DNA from: a phage
Length of the DNA: 64,000 bases
Sequence record: PX667085.1
Reading direction: 5' to 3' (one strand)
The notes under the pieces were generated by a model, which did not search any database, was not told the DNA's origin, and saw only the letters and a list, made by a program, of their open reading frames with translations. The position numbers and the translations under genes are program-made. Positions 28,411-37,778 of this stretch are shown here, in pieces (the stretch's first letter is position 1; the number at the start of each line of letters is the position of its first letter).

Positions 28411-28810
28411 AAAAAGTTTCTCCTTCATCAAACAAGTTGGCAAGATTGTTCACGGCAATCTGGGTGGAAAGAAGACAACTGTTTGCAGACACATAAGCAC
28501 GAGCTATTTTGTAAACATAAACTTTCGTATTACAATTGTCTAGGATCGGAAGACTTTCGTCGATAGCATCTATAACACTAAACATCACATCTAAAACTTT
28601 AATGGTGAGTGTTGTATTTGTATCTTCGTAACCTTTTTCAATCAGACCTGAATAGAAGGTATAGTCCTCAACAGTTCGTCGTTTAAATTGGCGCATAAAA
28701 TCGGAACCATCTGTAGCAGAATTGAACAAATTTTCAAAAAATACGTCCCATCCTGCAAAAAGGGCTGATAGCATGATTAAGTGATCTATAGATTCATTTT
28801 CTTGTTTCAT
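28388..28810 (-). CDS. hypothetical protein
   Basis: 140-aa ORF. Confidence 0.5.
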   Translation of the reverse strand: MKQENESIDHLIMLSALFAGWDVFFENLFNSATDGSDFMRQFKRRTVEDYTFYSGLIEKGYEDTNTTLTIKVLDVMFSVIDAIDESLPILDNCNTKVYVYKIARAYVSANSCLLSTQIAVNNLANLFDEGETFYDNRFEV

Positions 28811-28818
28811 ATCCTCTC

Positions 28819-29490
28819 CTATTTAATGTTCAGTCTGGCACACAAACGAGAAACAGTCTTAGCATCCCATTTACCACCACGTGCTGTTGCTATTTTCTTA
28901 CTATTGAATTTTTCAGCAATAGTTTTGTAAGGTGTATTTAAATCTCTAAGGATCTCCAAACGTTCACGAAATGTCTCTGCAAAAGCGTCTGCTTTAACAG
29001 AGTTGTATTCCATTTTTCCTTTTCTACGTGCAGCGGCAGTTTTAGGATTAGCACTGCCTAATAAAACACCTTTGCTTTTTGCTACAGCAAGACCCTTTTT
29101 AATACGATCAGCAATACCTCTAACTTCTTGTTCAGCCAGAACAGATAGAAGCTGTATAACCATTTTATCTGCGTCTGGCATGATGGCTATCTTAACATCG
29201 ATCATCTCCAGAAGAGTTGCTACGGAGGCGTTGTTACGACCCAAGCGGTCAACTTTAGCTACCAATAAAGTTGCTCCGGTAGCTTTACACATTTCAACCG
29301 CTTTGACCAGTTCTTTACGTTGCTTCCAATCGCCCTTACCCGAATAGTATTCAGAAAATTGACCAATAACTTCAGCATCAGGCACAGAGTCTAAGAAGTA
29401 ACGGATATCGTTCTCTTGGCTCTCCATACCATATTGTGCCTCACCTTTTTTCTGTTTAGAAAGACGACTGTAAACAACAAACTTTTTCAT
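28819..29490 (-). CDS. small serine recombinase (resolvase/invertase family) with C-terminal HTH
   Basis: VYSRLSKQ (catalytic Ser region), LLVAKVDRLGRN, C-terminal basic HTH-like segment; ATG after GGAGTGG. Confidence 0.7.
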   Translation of the reverse strand: MKKFVVYSRLSKQKKGEAQYGMESQENDIRYFLDSVPDAEVIGQFSEYYSGKGDWKQRKELVKAVEMCKATGATLLVAKVDRLGRNNASVATLLEMIDVKIAIMPDADKMVIQLLSVLAEQEVRGIADRIKKGLAVAKSKGVLLGSANPKTAAARRKGKMEYNSVKADAFAETFRERLEILRDLNTPYKTIAEKFNSKKIATARGGKWDAKTVSRLCARLNIK

Positions 29491-29519
29491 AACCACTCCT
29501 AAACTATTACTGTATTCTC

Positions 29520-29548
29520 ACTTTACAAAACGAATAAACACTTGTCAA
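29520..29548 (-). promoter_or_regulatory. sigma70-type promoter TTGACA-17-TAAAGT for recombinase gene
   Basis: Hexamers read on minus strand; no hairpin cassette here. Confidence 0.5.
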
Positions 29549-29560
29549 GGTATTTATTAT

Positions 29561-29773
29561 TTACAGCCATTCTACTCTTAAGCAGTATTCCTCGACATGT
29601 TGTTTACGCTTGTTTTTGTCTATGTAAGTGTATTCAACAAATGTCCCAAGATAGTCCTTGTCTACATTGTGTGGGCTATTGATTGGACATTTAGTACGAC
29701 AAACCCGTTGCCACTGACGAAGAATTACGGCTTTGTTTTTAGGATCAAAGGGATGAGGGTAATGTGCCTTCAT
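29561..29773 (-). CDS. hypothetical protein
   Basis: 70-aa ORF. Confidence 0.45.
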   Translation of the reverse strand: MKAHYPHPFDPKNKAVILRQWQRVCRTKCPINSPHNVDKDYLGTFVEYTYIDKNKRKQHVEEYCLRVEWL

Positions 29774-30097
29774 TCACGACTCCTGTTTTAGTCGAAAAAT
29801 ATTTTGAATAACGAGAGATGTATAGTTATCACCTAGTCCCATAAGTTCTACTTCCAAGTTTCGAATATCTTCCACCGTAGGAGGATATGTTGGTAAAAAT
29901 GCTTGAGCGTTACCAGACCCCACCTCATTGCTGTAAGCAGTTGTAAAATTGTAAGATACAAAACATGAAACACCTTTTTGTCGGTACCCGATTAATCGAC
30001 GAATACACCAGATAAGAGCCAAACCTATGAGGACACCTCCTAAACCAGCTAACAAGAAGGATAAGTTCATAATAGCTTCGTTAACAACTGCTTGCAT
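29774..30097 (-). CDS. membrane protein (one predicted TM helix)
   Basis: LSFLLAGLGGVLIGLALIWCI hydrophobic segment. Confidence 0.5.
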   Translation of the reverse strand: MQAVVNEAIMNLSFLLAGLGGVLIGLALIWCIRRLIGYRQKGVSCFVSYNFTTAYSNEVGSGNAQAFLPTYPPTVEDIRNLEVELMGLGDNYTSLVIQNIFRLKQES

Positions 30098-30107
30098 TCT
30101 TTTCTCC

Positions 30108-30455
30108 TTAGTTATGTAAACCCAAATGTGCTACAACTTCTCTACGATAAGATAACTGCATAGCGATTTTATAGCCAGGATGAAAACCATTTACATCAAT
30201 GTCATCAAACCAAACCTCAAACGAACCGTGCTTAAGAGTCATTAAGTTGATATACCATTCAATAGTATAATGATCGTTAGCGATACCTTCGATGTAAAAT
30301 TCTCGACAACAGTGAGATAAATCTTCACTTGTTTCACGTTTCCAGTCTTTGATAGCACCCTTCTCTTTGGCTTTATTCAGAATGTGGATCAGGTCTTCAA
30401 CTTGCATATTCTCTCCTTTAGTTCCAACTAATAACGATGTGTTTGATAATCCCAA
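30108..30455 (-). CDS. hypothetical protein
   Basis: 115-aa ORF. Confidence 0.5.
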   Translation of the reverse strand: MGLSNTSLLVGTKGENMQVEDLIHILNKAKEKGAIKDWKRETSEDLSHCCREFYIEGIANDHYTIEWYINLMTLKHGSFEVWFDDIDVNGFHPGYKIAMQLSYRREVVAHLGLHN

Positions 30456-30972
30456 AAATACTGTGCTCTGCGGTTGCCAATGTTACATCCAAACCTTTTG
30501 CACGTAGTATTGTAGCTACAACATTTGCCCCTCTTTTCTGTTCACTTATCTGTTCATAAGAAGAAGGGTTATTGCACAAACCAAAACTGGAAGGTTCAAA
30601 GTATTTTTCAAACTTCCCTTGTTCCGCACAATCTTCAATCTCTAACAGAACGGCGTCTACCATTTCAGTAAAATGGGAATTTGCTTGCAGTGCTTTATTA
30701 CGCAGTTTATCACGTAAACTTCCCGTAGATTCTTCCTGCTCTTCTGTCTGTCCATCTTCACAGAAAGGATGAAGTTCAGCCCAATCCCAAGCATCTCCTT
30801 CTAAAGCAAATGGAGTGTTGTAATTGAAGAAAGTGCAGCGCGGATATTCCCCGTTGAAAGAATCTTTCAGCAGAATATATTTCTTACCGTTTGCATGGAA
30901 GAGTTCTCCTTTGATAACCTTACCTACAAGGATATCACTGTTAGTGGAACGGGTGCAAATAAACTTTTTCAT
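30418..30972 (-). CDS. hypothetical protein
   Basis: 184-aa ORF. Confidence 0.5.
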   Translation of the reverse strand: MKKFICTRSTNSDILVGKVIKGELFHANGKKYILLKDSFNGEYPRCTFFNYNTPFALEGDAWDWAELHPFCEDGQTEEQEESTGSLRDKLRNKALQANSHFTEMVDAVLLEIEDCAEQGKFEKYFEPSSFGLCNNPSSYEQISEQKRGANVVATILRAKGLDVTLATAEHSIFGIIKHIVISWN

Positions 30973-31026
30973 GATTTTCTCCTCTCTGTTTCGATGAGAT
31001 GATTATGACAAAGACAAATCCTTCTG

Positions 31027-31353
31027 TCAACCCATTATTTCTTCTGCTACACGTTCTTTTACCCAGTTCACACGATCCACATTCAAATGACAACGGCTTT
31101 TTTCCGCTTCTAAGGTGTACTTTCCAAAATTACTGTTGAAAGGCAACACCATAACCAAACCTTTGAGGTAGAACTGCTCATGCATTTCATCCAGTACAGG
31201 TTCGTATCGTTCGCTTTCTCCCATGTCGTAAAAATCATAGAGGTTCGTGCACAAACCTGTGCAACGGGTGAACGGTTCACCTTCAGGAGCACCAGCTTCC
31301 AACCATGCCAAATACGTGCGGTAAAATGTTAATAGTTCTTCGCTCATTTCCAC
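31027..31353 (-). CDS. paralog-family protein C
   Basis: FYRTYLAWL...GLCTNL...LPFN...CHLNVDRVNWVKERV. Confidence 0.6.
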   Translation of the reverse strand: MEMSEELLTFYRTYLAWLEAGAPEGEPFTRCTGLCTNLYDFYDMGESERYEPVLDEMHEQFYLKGLVMVLPFNSNFGKYTLEAEKSRCHLNVDRVNWVKERVAEEIMG

Positions 31354-31556
31354 TCTCCTTCGTGATAGTAAACCTCAAAAGAATAGTAAGTGAACATGCT
31401 CATTGTAACACCTGCCATTTCTGGATCAAAGGGGGTGTTGTTATACATGTCAACTACTGCCTGACCCGCTGCTTTGGCATGTGCTGCTGAATCACAGGCA
31501 CAAACATCTTTCTCCCACGGAAACTTGCCATCATACTTAAGACGGACAATCCACAT
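31344..31556 (-). CDS. hypothetical protein
   Basis: 70-aa ORF. Confidence 0.45.
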   Translation of the reverse strand: MWIVRLKYDGKFPWEKDVCACDSAAHAKAAGQAVVDMYNNTPFDPEMAGVTMSMFTYYSFEVYYHEGEWK

Positions 31557-31558
31557 GC

Positions 31559-31786
31559 TTATTCCTCCATCTCAAACCATTCAGGGAACACTTTATGGAA
31601 TACACGGGTTGTTTCCAAAAGGAATTCCAATTCTTTTTCCAGATTTGCGTTCCAATCGTGCACTTTAACATTGATTGCCAATGCACTTGCACGGCGACTT
31701 AATTCTTGACAGATTGGATCACGCAGAACTATTGAGTCGTAAAACTGACAAACAGCCTCAAGTTCATACCAGTTATAATCCGACAT
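31559..31786 (-). CDS. hypothetical protein
   Basis: 75-aa ORF. Confidence 0.45.
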   Translation of the reverse strand: MSDYNWYELEAVCQFYDSIVLRDPICQELSRRASALAINVKVHDWNANLEKELEFLLETTRVFHKVFPEWFEMEE

Positions 31787-32112
31787 TATTCATCCTCCTC
31801 TGCAATACGATCTCTTACCCAATTAATCCTGTCCACGTTCAGGTGACATACCTCTGCATCTGATTCTAAGACATATGCATCGTAGTTCTCATTGAAAGGG
31901 AGTTCTTGACTCAACCCTTTGTAGTAAAACTGTGAGTGCATTTCGTCTGACAAGGTTGTTATAAGGAGATTGTAGCCATCTGCGTGCACATAATCGAACA
32001 AGTTGGCACACAAACCGCAATCTCGCCGAAAAGGTTTACCATCAGGAGCACCAACATCAATCCATGCTAGATAAATTTTATAAAACTCCATCAACCCTGT
32101 GCTTGTTTTCAT
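31786..32112 (-). CDS. paralog-family protein D
   Basis: FYKIYLAWI...GLCANL...LPFN...CHLNVDRINWVRDRI; closest to C. Confidence 0.6.
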   Translation of the reverse strand: MKTSTGLMEFYKIYLAWIDVGAPDGKPFRRDCGLCANLFDYVHADGYNLLITTLSDEMHSQFYYKGLSQELPFNENYDAYVLESDAEVCHLNVDRINWVRDRIAEEDE

Positions 32113-32350
32113 TTAGCCACCTCGTTAGTTTTTCTTGCTCTTTGTTTGCGCGTTCTAAGCTTCTAAACTTTAAACAAAGGGAACGAGAATCCCTACCCAT
32201 GCACAAGCTTTCATCTAAGCTGTGCTCCCCAACCAACCAAAGAGAATATGTTTGAACATCTAACCCATAGTTTCTGTCTTTCCATAATCTCACCCCAAGA
32301 ACATCAAAAGGCGCTTCCGCGACTAAAGAAAGAAACCGATCTTTATTCAT
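32078..32350 (-). CDS. hypothetical protein
   Basis: 90-aa ORF. Confidence 0.45.
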   Translation of the reverse strand: MNKDRFLSLVAEAPFDVLGVRLWKDRNYGLDVQTYSLWLVGEHSLDESLCMGRDSRSLCLKFRSLERANKEQEKLTRWLNENKHRVDGVL

Positions 32351-32412
32351 ATTACACCACCTTGCTCACGTTGATAATGTATGTATACCATACATAAAAT
32401 AAATGTCAAGGC

Positions 32413-32613
32413 TTATCGACACAGATAGTTGTAACGATCTGCTTTATCCTCTGCTTCAGCAAAGTCAGCAATCAAGGAAGTTTTGAGTTCTTCCAACTCT
32501 TTCACCCAAGAGTCGTAATCGTCCTGTGTTTCTCCAATAGTTTGGAGAAAACAATCGTCGTAGCCAATAGACATGGCTAACTCGATAATACGTTCCAGTT
32601 TTTCTTCCATCAT
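32413..32613 (-). CDS. hypothetical protein
   Basis: 66-aa acidic ORF. Confidence 0.45.
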   Translation of the reverse strand: MMEEKLERIIELAMSIGYDDCFLQTIGETQDDYDSWVKELEELKTSLIADFAEAEDKADRYNYLCR

Positions 32614-32972
32614 TTCTCTCCTTCTACAGGCTTCTGTTTAACATAAAAGTAAGCACCACGAGCAAGATACAAATCATGTTCAATATCGCTCACAGGAAAA
32701 CCATCTGGATTTTTAAAACCATCTTCTACAGCCAAAATGAGAGATCGTAAACTGATAGCTAACAACTCCATTTGATCTTGTAGTTTTCTATTTTCTGCGT
32801 AAAGGTTTTTGCATTTTTGTTCTGCATTTTTCCATTGTTCTAATGCATGATCATAGCGGTGCATAAGAATAGCTTTTTCTTGTTCACGCTTAAAAGTTTC
32901 TTCGCAAATGAAACCTGTGCCTAAACCAGTTTCTTCGTCTTTGACAAACACTTCAACAAAATCTTTAGACAT
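32610..32972 (-). CDS. hypothetical protein
   Basis: ORF; internal ATG with RBS GGAGATAAT chosen, removing overlap with upstream gene. Confidence 0.45.
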   Translation of the reverse strand: MSKDFVEVFVKDEETGLGTGFICEETFKREQEKAILMHRYDHALEQWKNAEQKCKNLYAENRKLQDQMELLAISLRSLILAVEDGFKNPDGFPVSDIEHDLYLARGAYFYVKQKPVEGEK

Positions 32973-32973
32973 A

Positions 32974-33237
32974 TTATCTCCTATTTGCTTTCGGATACTC
33001 CCAACCCTCTGGGAGATCTTCTTTACACATCCACTCAAAAGGCCAGCGACAATAACTGTGCCACTTTCCATTGAGATACAAACAATCTTCATCTACTGGT
33101 CCACAAGGGTTGATAACTACAACACACCCTTTTGCTCGCCAATATTGAACTATTTCAGGGTAAAAACAAGAAACGTCGGTCCACTCCCAAATACGTTCAT
33201 CATTCAAACGGTATGCTGCTGGCAATGTCTCTTTCAT
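32974..33237 (-). CDS. hypothetical protein
   Basis: 87-aa ORF. Confidence 0.45.
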   Translation of the reverse strand: MKETLPAAYRLNDERIWEWTDVSCFYPEIVQYWRAKGCVVVINPCGPVDEDCLYLNGKWHSYCRWPFEWMCKEDLPEGWEYPKANRR

Positions 33238-33241
33238 ATTA

Positions 33242-33688
33242 TTAAACCTCTGTCAAAGAGAAACGCCAATCCTTACTACTACCTACGCCAAGGAAGATAT
33301 AGTCTCCGGTACTAACGGAAATACGCCAAGCGGGAATCCAATCAGGAATCTCTGGCTTATGGCTGTAACCATAACGATCACCATCCGAGTCTGTTGCAAT
33401 ATAATTAACAAATTCAGGAACATCTAAAGTTTCACCTTGATACTCTACACGCTTGAAGCCATCTTTCACTTCTTTCTCACCTTCTACCAGACAAGCAAGA
33501 AGTTTGATGTGAGGGCAAGTGAAATCTTGTCCTGGATAACGTGAACGGATATCAGTTAACAATGCGATCACAGCATCCGATAACTCTTTATAATCCTCAT
33601 ATCTTACAAATGTGCCTTCTGTCGGATCATCAGGACACAAACGCCAAGCATCGTTGCAGTTTACAGCATAATGTCGCACTTTAGTCAT
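33242..33688 (-). CDS. hypothetical protein
   Basis: 148-aa ORF. Confidence 0.5.
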   Translation of the reverse strand: MTKVRHYAVNCNDAWRLCPDDPTEGTFVRYEDYKELSDAVIALLTDIRSRYPGQDFTCPHIKLLACLVEGEKEVKDGFKRVEYQGETLDVPEFVNYIATDSDGDRYGYSHKPEIPDWIPAWRISVSTGDYIFLGVGSSKDWRFSLTEV

Positions 33689-33698
33689 AAATACCCCC

Positions 33699-34097
33699 TT
33701 ATCGTTGCGTACAATCGGCTTCTAGAGTAAGAACATTCGTTATTGTTTTATCATTTTTTAGAAATGCAAACCAAGCTAAAGTGTCTCGATACTCTGTGCG
33801 CATCATCACAACTTCAGTAGTGCCAATAAATTGTTGTGAACCGTACATAGCACTACCATCTTTACTTTTTTCTCCTGTGTGTTGCAGAATGCCACTCATC
33901 AAAGCACCACCTGAATTTTTAAGGATAAAGGAGTTATCTTTATTAATGACAACAGAAGCCATTTTCTTAGGACCAGAAATCACTTCACCTTTCAGATTTT
34001 TAACAACCACATCTGACACACACTCATAAACTTGAGACGCATTTGCTGTTCCAAGTGATGCAATGAGTAACAAGAAACCTACAATGATCTTTTTCAT
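33699..34097 (-). CDS. secreted/periplasmic protein (signal peptide)
   Basis: MKKIIVGFLLLIASLGTANA signal-peptide-like N-terminus. Confidence 0.55.
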   Translation of the reverse strand: MKKIIVGFLLLIASLGTANASQVYECVSDVVVKNLKGEVISGPKKMASVVINKDNSFILKNSGGALMSGILQHTGEKSKDGSAMYGSQQFIGTTEVVMMRTEYRDTLAWFAFLKNDKTITNVLTLEADCTQR

Positions 34098-34193
34098 ATA
34101 AACTCTCCTCTTTATTTACCCGACGCGCCCCCTGTTGGGCGGAAAGGGTTGTACGCAAAATTTTTAGCTCCAATCGTCGGGTGTCCCGACTCC

Positions 34194-34400
34194 TTACGCT
34201 TTTAATGTTTTAACAGAATGACAAGCTTTGCAAACCATAACCGGAACAAGTTCATCTCCATTATCCGCATAAATCACTGTTTTCTTCATTCTGCCACCAC
34301 ATGAACAATACTCTGTATGATCCACTGGAATATTAAATATTCCGTAATCACTTTCATACTGTTTCTTACATATGGACACTGCTTTTGTAAAACAAGACAT
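34194..34400 (-). CDS. small zinc-ribbon protein
   Basis: CKKQ...CSCGG...CKACH. Confidence 0.45.
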   Translation of the reverse strand: MSCFTKAVSICKKQYESDYGIFNIPVDHTEYCSCGGRMKKTVIYADNGDELVPVMVCKACHSVKTLKA

Positions 34401-34402
34401 AC

Positions 34403-34624
34403 CTACTCCGAAAGAACATTCACTTCATCAGAGAAAAATACGTAATCACAACCTTCCCAAACATCTTCTTCAAACCACTCCCATCCCTCAACTTTGGACA
34501 TTTCTTCTATCGTAACAAAGAATGTTGTCATGTCATCGCTAACAAGATGTGCTTCAACAACAAAAGGAATCTGAACATTCTCAAAACCAACATAACCCAA
34601 TACATCACAAACTCTAATTTTCAT
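34403..34624 (-). CDS. hypothetical protein
   Basis: 73-aa ORF. Confidence 0.45.
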   Translation of the reverse strand: MKIRVCDVLGYVGFENVQIPFVVEAHLVSDDMTTFFVTIEEMSKVEGWEWFEEDVWEGCDYVFFSDEVNVLSE

Positions 34625-34625
34625 A

Positions 34626-34826
34626 TTATGCTCCTTTGTAGATTATGTTGGTGCGTTCACACTCTGCTACCAGCAAGCGATTAGCGATGTTGTCCATAGG
34701 AACATCAATCTCTACGCTCCAGGCGTTGATATACACTTCTTCAATCTTTGCTCCAAGCGTTTGTGCGATCAGGGCAACAGCCCCAGCATATTCAAGTTTA
34801 ATCTCAATTACCATTTTGCACCTCAA
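34626..34826 (-). CDS. hypothetical protein
   Basis: 66-aa ORF. Confidence 0.45.
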   Translation of the reverse strand: MRCKMVIEIKLEYAGAVALIAQTLGAKIEEVYINAWSVEIDVPMDNIANRLLVAECERTNIIYKGA

Positions 34827-34828
34827 GG

Positions 34829-35029
34829 TTATTTATCTTGCTTGTATCTTACAAGACGATCACACTCTAGGTCAAGAAATTTCTCCGCATTTCGTTCATG
34901 TTTGAGCACAATACATTGTTCTTTCCAGTCTGTAGCTCTTTGCTGCGCTGCTCCTGGGTCAAAATCCCAAAGCCATGCCGCGAAAAGAACAACCATAACA
35001 ATTACTAAGAAACTAAACACTATTGGCAT
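34829..35029 (-). CDS. small membrane protein
   Basis: MPIVFSFLVIVMVVLFAAWLW; ATG after AGGAGGA. Confidence 0.45.
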   Translation of the reverse strand: MPIVFSFLVIVMVVLFAAWLWDFDPGAAQQRATDWKEQCIVLKHERNAEKFLDLECDRLVRYKQDK

Positions 35030-35334
35030 TGCACATCCTCCTGTGTAGCATGGTCTTTTACCCATTTTATACGGGCAGCATTCAAATGCAATAGCCCGTT
35101 TCTTTGTGCAAAATCATATTTAAACCAGTCTCCGTCATCAAACGGGTATTCTTCAGACAATCCTGCCTCACGGAATTGCATTTGCATTTCATAATTTAGA
35201 TCATCATAACCTCCAGTCCAAAGGTAGAGGCAACTACATAATCCTTTATCATGCCAGAAAGGATTATTATCTGGAGCACCAGCTAATAGCCAGTTATGAT
35301 ATGCCTGATAAAATTCTTTAAGTTCTTCTGACAT
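35020..35334 (-). CDS. paralog-family protein E
   Basis: FYQAYHNWL...GLCSCL...YPF...LHLNAARIKWVKDH. Confidence 0.55.
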   Translation of the reverse strand: MSEELKEFYQAYHNWLLAGAPDNNPFWHDKGLCSCLYLWTGGYDDLNYEMQMQFREAGLSEEYPFDDGDWFKYDFAQRNGLLHLNAARIKWVKDHATQEDVQCQ

Positions 35335-35511
35335 TTAACCTCCTGTATACAGTGTTGAAAGATACACAGCAAAAGCATTCTCGGCTGTTTTCACCTCCTC
35401 TTCAAGATCTTCACGCTCTGCTGGCGTTAATGCATTCCGCACAGCAGCGTCTGCTTCTCGGATTTTTCTTACTAAACGTGAAACATCTTTCAATTGTTGA
35501 AAAGTAGCCAT
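35335..35511 (-). CDS. hypothetical small protein (58 aa)
   Basis: Short ORF translated by hand; abuts paralog E start. Confidence 0.3.
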   Translation of the reverse strand: MATFQQLKDVSRLVRKIREADAAVRNALTPAEREDLEEEVKTAENAFAVYLSTLYTGG

Positions 35512-35526
35512 AATCTTTCTCCTGTT

Positions 35527-35886
35527 TTAGTTAGTGTCACGCCATTCGGCAATCTCTTCGGCTAAACGATCACAAGAATCGAAAGCCACTTTACCTTCAC
35601 TAGGGTAGTTCCAGAAGACACCCCGTGAATCTGTAATATTTATATGATACTTGTCCCACATCTCTTTTGCAAGTGGTCGATCAACATATCCTTCAAAATA
35701 TACTTCAGTTTCTGCTGAATACGGAGTGTAATCGCTTGCAGCAAAAACGTCCTGGAAGATGACCATCACGTTACGTGTTGTGCTTGGGTACATCAATTGG
35801 TGAAATTTCAACAACCTTCCGTTGATCCTAACAACATCTCCTTCAAACAAGGAGATATCTTTTACTTTACGAAATTCTCCGCTCAT
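35527..35886 (-). CDS. hypothetical protein
   Basis: 119-aa ORF. Confidence 0.5.
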   Translation of the reverse strand: MSGEFRKVKDISLFEGDVVRINGRLLKFHQLMYPSTTRNVMVIFQDVFAASDYTPYSAETEVYFEGYVDRPLAKEMWDKYHINITDSRGVFWNYPSEGKVAFDSCDRLAEEIAEWRDTN

Positions 35887-35895
35887 TTTACCCCC

Positions 35896-36087
35896 TTAAT
35901 ACACATCTCCTACAAACCAGATTTCTGGATCGCCATACTGATCCTTCTCGTAAGATTTATAGACACTACAGCAATATTTCAAAACACCATCGACAAGGAT
36001 TGTTGATCTTTCCTCTGGAATCTCTGTGATTTCACCTTTACGGGTTTCGAAGATGGTATCACCCTTTTCAATTAGTCTGATTTTCAT
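35896..36087 (-). CDS. hypothetical protein
   Basis: 63-aa ORF. Confidence 0.45.
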   Translation of the reverse strand: MKIRLIEKGDTIFETRKGEITEIPEERSTILVDGVLKYCCSVYKSYEKDQYGDPEIWFVGDVY

Positions 36088-36286
36088 ATCGTCCTTCCTT
36101 CAATGCGAGTAATGCATTCACCAGATTATCAACACCTTGATCATCCAGTGCAATAACATCAAAGTTAAACCCTGTATCAGTTGGGACTTTACGTTTTATA
36201 GTGTAATAGTCTCCTTCATGACGTTCAACATCCGCGTATGGGTAACTGCTGTTTGGATCATGTTTTACGCGAATAGATGTTTTCAT
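36068..36286 (-). CDS. hypothetical protein
   Basis: 72-aa ORF. Confidence 0.45.
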   Translation of the reverse strand: MKTSIRVKHDPNSSYPYADVERHEGDYYTIKRKVPTDTGFNFDVIALDDQGVDNLVNALLALKEGRYENQTN

Positions 36287-36756
36287 GTTTTGTTCTCCTC
36301 TTTAATTGCAACACGGAACTTATTAGCTTCTCTCACCTGGTGCATGAAGTCTTTCTTCTTCATAATCCCGATGGACATTTCATCCAGTTCTTCTGGGTGA
36401 ATCTGAAGATTACGGCGATCAGACAGGAACCAAGTTTTCTCCCACCAGAAGCGTTGATCCTCCTCTTCGTGATATTTATATGTCTCTTTTTCTTCTTCTG
36501 TGAGAAGTTTGAATCGGTTTTTCGCTTCGTACCTCATTGGGGTATGAAAAGGAATGCCATTATCACCATTATACACCGCAGACGTACCTAGACAATAACC
36601 AGTTTCTGCGTCGATCATTTGGTAGTGAAACTCACACTCCAGTTCAACATACTCTAAATCCCCATAAAAATCACTAATCAAGAAAGCAATGTAAGTTTCA
36701 CCGTGTTCGGGAACAAATTCTTGCTTTGTCAACATCTCCAGTTTCAAACCTGCCAT
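36283..36756 (-). CDS. hypothetical protein
   Basis: 157-aa ORF. Confidence 0.5.
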   Translation of the reverse strand: MAGLKLEMLTKQEFVPEHGETYIAFLISDFYGDLEYVELECEFHYQMIDAETGYCLGTSAVYNGDNGIPFHTPMRYEAKNRFKLLTEEEKETYKYHEEEDQRFWWEKTWFLSDRRNLQIHPEELDEMSIGIMKKKDFMHQVREANKFRVAIKEENKT

Positions 36757-36768
36757 TGCTTTCTCCTT

Positions 36769-37020
36769 TTAGTCAAACCAGTTGTATTCAGAAGGGTAAC
36801 GAGCGTAGTTTGGCTTGTACCCCAGCCTTTTCATCTTGACAGACATACGAGTGAAGCCAAAGGTTGTTTTGCCCTTAGACATAAACTTCTTCCCACTCTT
36901 CATTGGCTTCTTAGGGTCTTTGATCGTCTGGTGTAACGCTCGCGCAAGCCATAAAGTGTATGCGCTCGGCACTTGATTAACTTTCATCTTGTTACCTTTC
37001 ATCATTTCACCTCGGACCAA
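36769..37020 (-). CDS. hypothetical basic protein
   Basis: 83 aa, Lys-rich. Confidence 0.45.
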   Translation of the reverse strand: MVRGEMMKGNKMKVNQVPSAYTLWLARALHQTIKDPKKPMKSGKKFMSKGKTTFGFTRMSVKMKRLGYKPNYARYPSEYNWFD

Positions 37021-37301
37021 TCAATAGTGATCCACTCGTATGCCCCGTTCAGATCCATTTCTTTATAAACAACAAGCCCACGCTCACGAAGAATTGCTAC
37101 TGCTTCATCCATCCATTTCACCTGATTGTAGATTTCCCCTGGGTGAGTAGGAGAATTATCCAAACCAAAATCAGATGGTGTGAAATTTCTTGAAGAGTTC
37201 CCCGCTCGTGCTTCAGCAAAACATGTCTCGATCACTTCTTCAACAGGGAAGTTGAAGGAAGCTTCTTTTGCAATACGGCGTAACTGTTCAGTCAGATTCA
37301 T
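37002..37301 (-). CDS. hypothetical protein
   Basis: 99-aa ORF. Confidence 0.5.
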   Translation of the reverse strand: MNLTEQLRRIAKEASFNFPVEEVIETCFAEARAGNSSRNFTPSDFGLDNSPTHPGEIYNQVKWMDEAVAILRERGLVVYKEMDLNGAYEWITIDWSEVK

Positions 37302-37328
37302 CTTATTCTCCTTTCGTTGTGTGAAACA

Positions 37329-37766
37329 TTACAGCAGATCTAATGCTTTCAACTCTTCTTTCAATGATTCAGGCAGGTCACATTCAATGTCAATCAGAGA
37401 TAACAAGTGACCAACAATGCCTTCCAGATGTTGATACTCACTATAACTTATAAATTCAGAATTGTAAACAGAAACATCCTTAGTTTCTTTCACAACTTCC
37501 CCCGCAGACACGCACATAAAAAAGTTACGCTCTCCGCGAGCTAACAATATCTCCCAACTCCTGAACGGATACTGTCCAGCTTCAATAATATCCCCGCTGT
37601 CCAATAAAGTCAATGAGCAAACAGACCCTGATTCACTAACATCTTCGACGCGGAAACAAGACCCTTCAATCAAAGCTGCCATTTTGAAATTTTCATCAGA
37701 GATCATAGAGAAAGCTTCACATGCAGCTTTACTTTTGAAACAGTAAACAGCATTAACTTTAAACAT
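37329..37766 (-). CDS. MFK-paralog 1
   Basis: Starts MFKVNAVYCFKS; related N-terminus to next two ORFs. Confidence 0.5.
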   Translation of the reverse strand: MFKVNAVYCFKSKAACEAFSMISDENFKMAALIEGSCFRVEDVSESGSVCSLTLLDSGDIIEAGQYPFRSWEILLARGERNFFMCVSAGEVVKETKDVSVYNSEFISYSEYQHLEGIVGHLLSLIDIECDLPESLKEELKALDLL

Positions 37767-37778
37767 AACATTCCCCTT

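Noticed and set aside
28819-29490. Serine recombinase as an integrase marking a prophage or integrative element
   Set aside because: It is a short resolvase/invertase-type protein, not a large serine or tyrosine integrase. No attachment-site repeats or host-like flanking genes were seen, and the surrounding genes are typical phage small ORFs.
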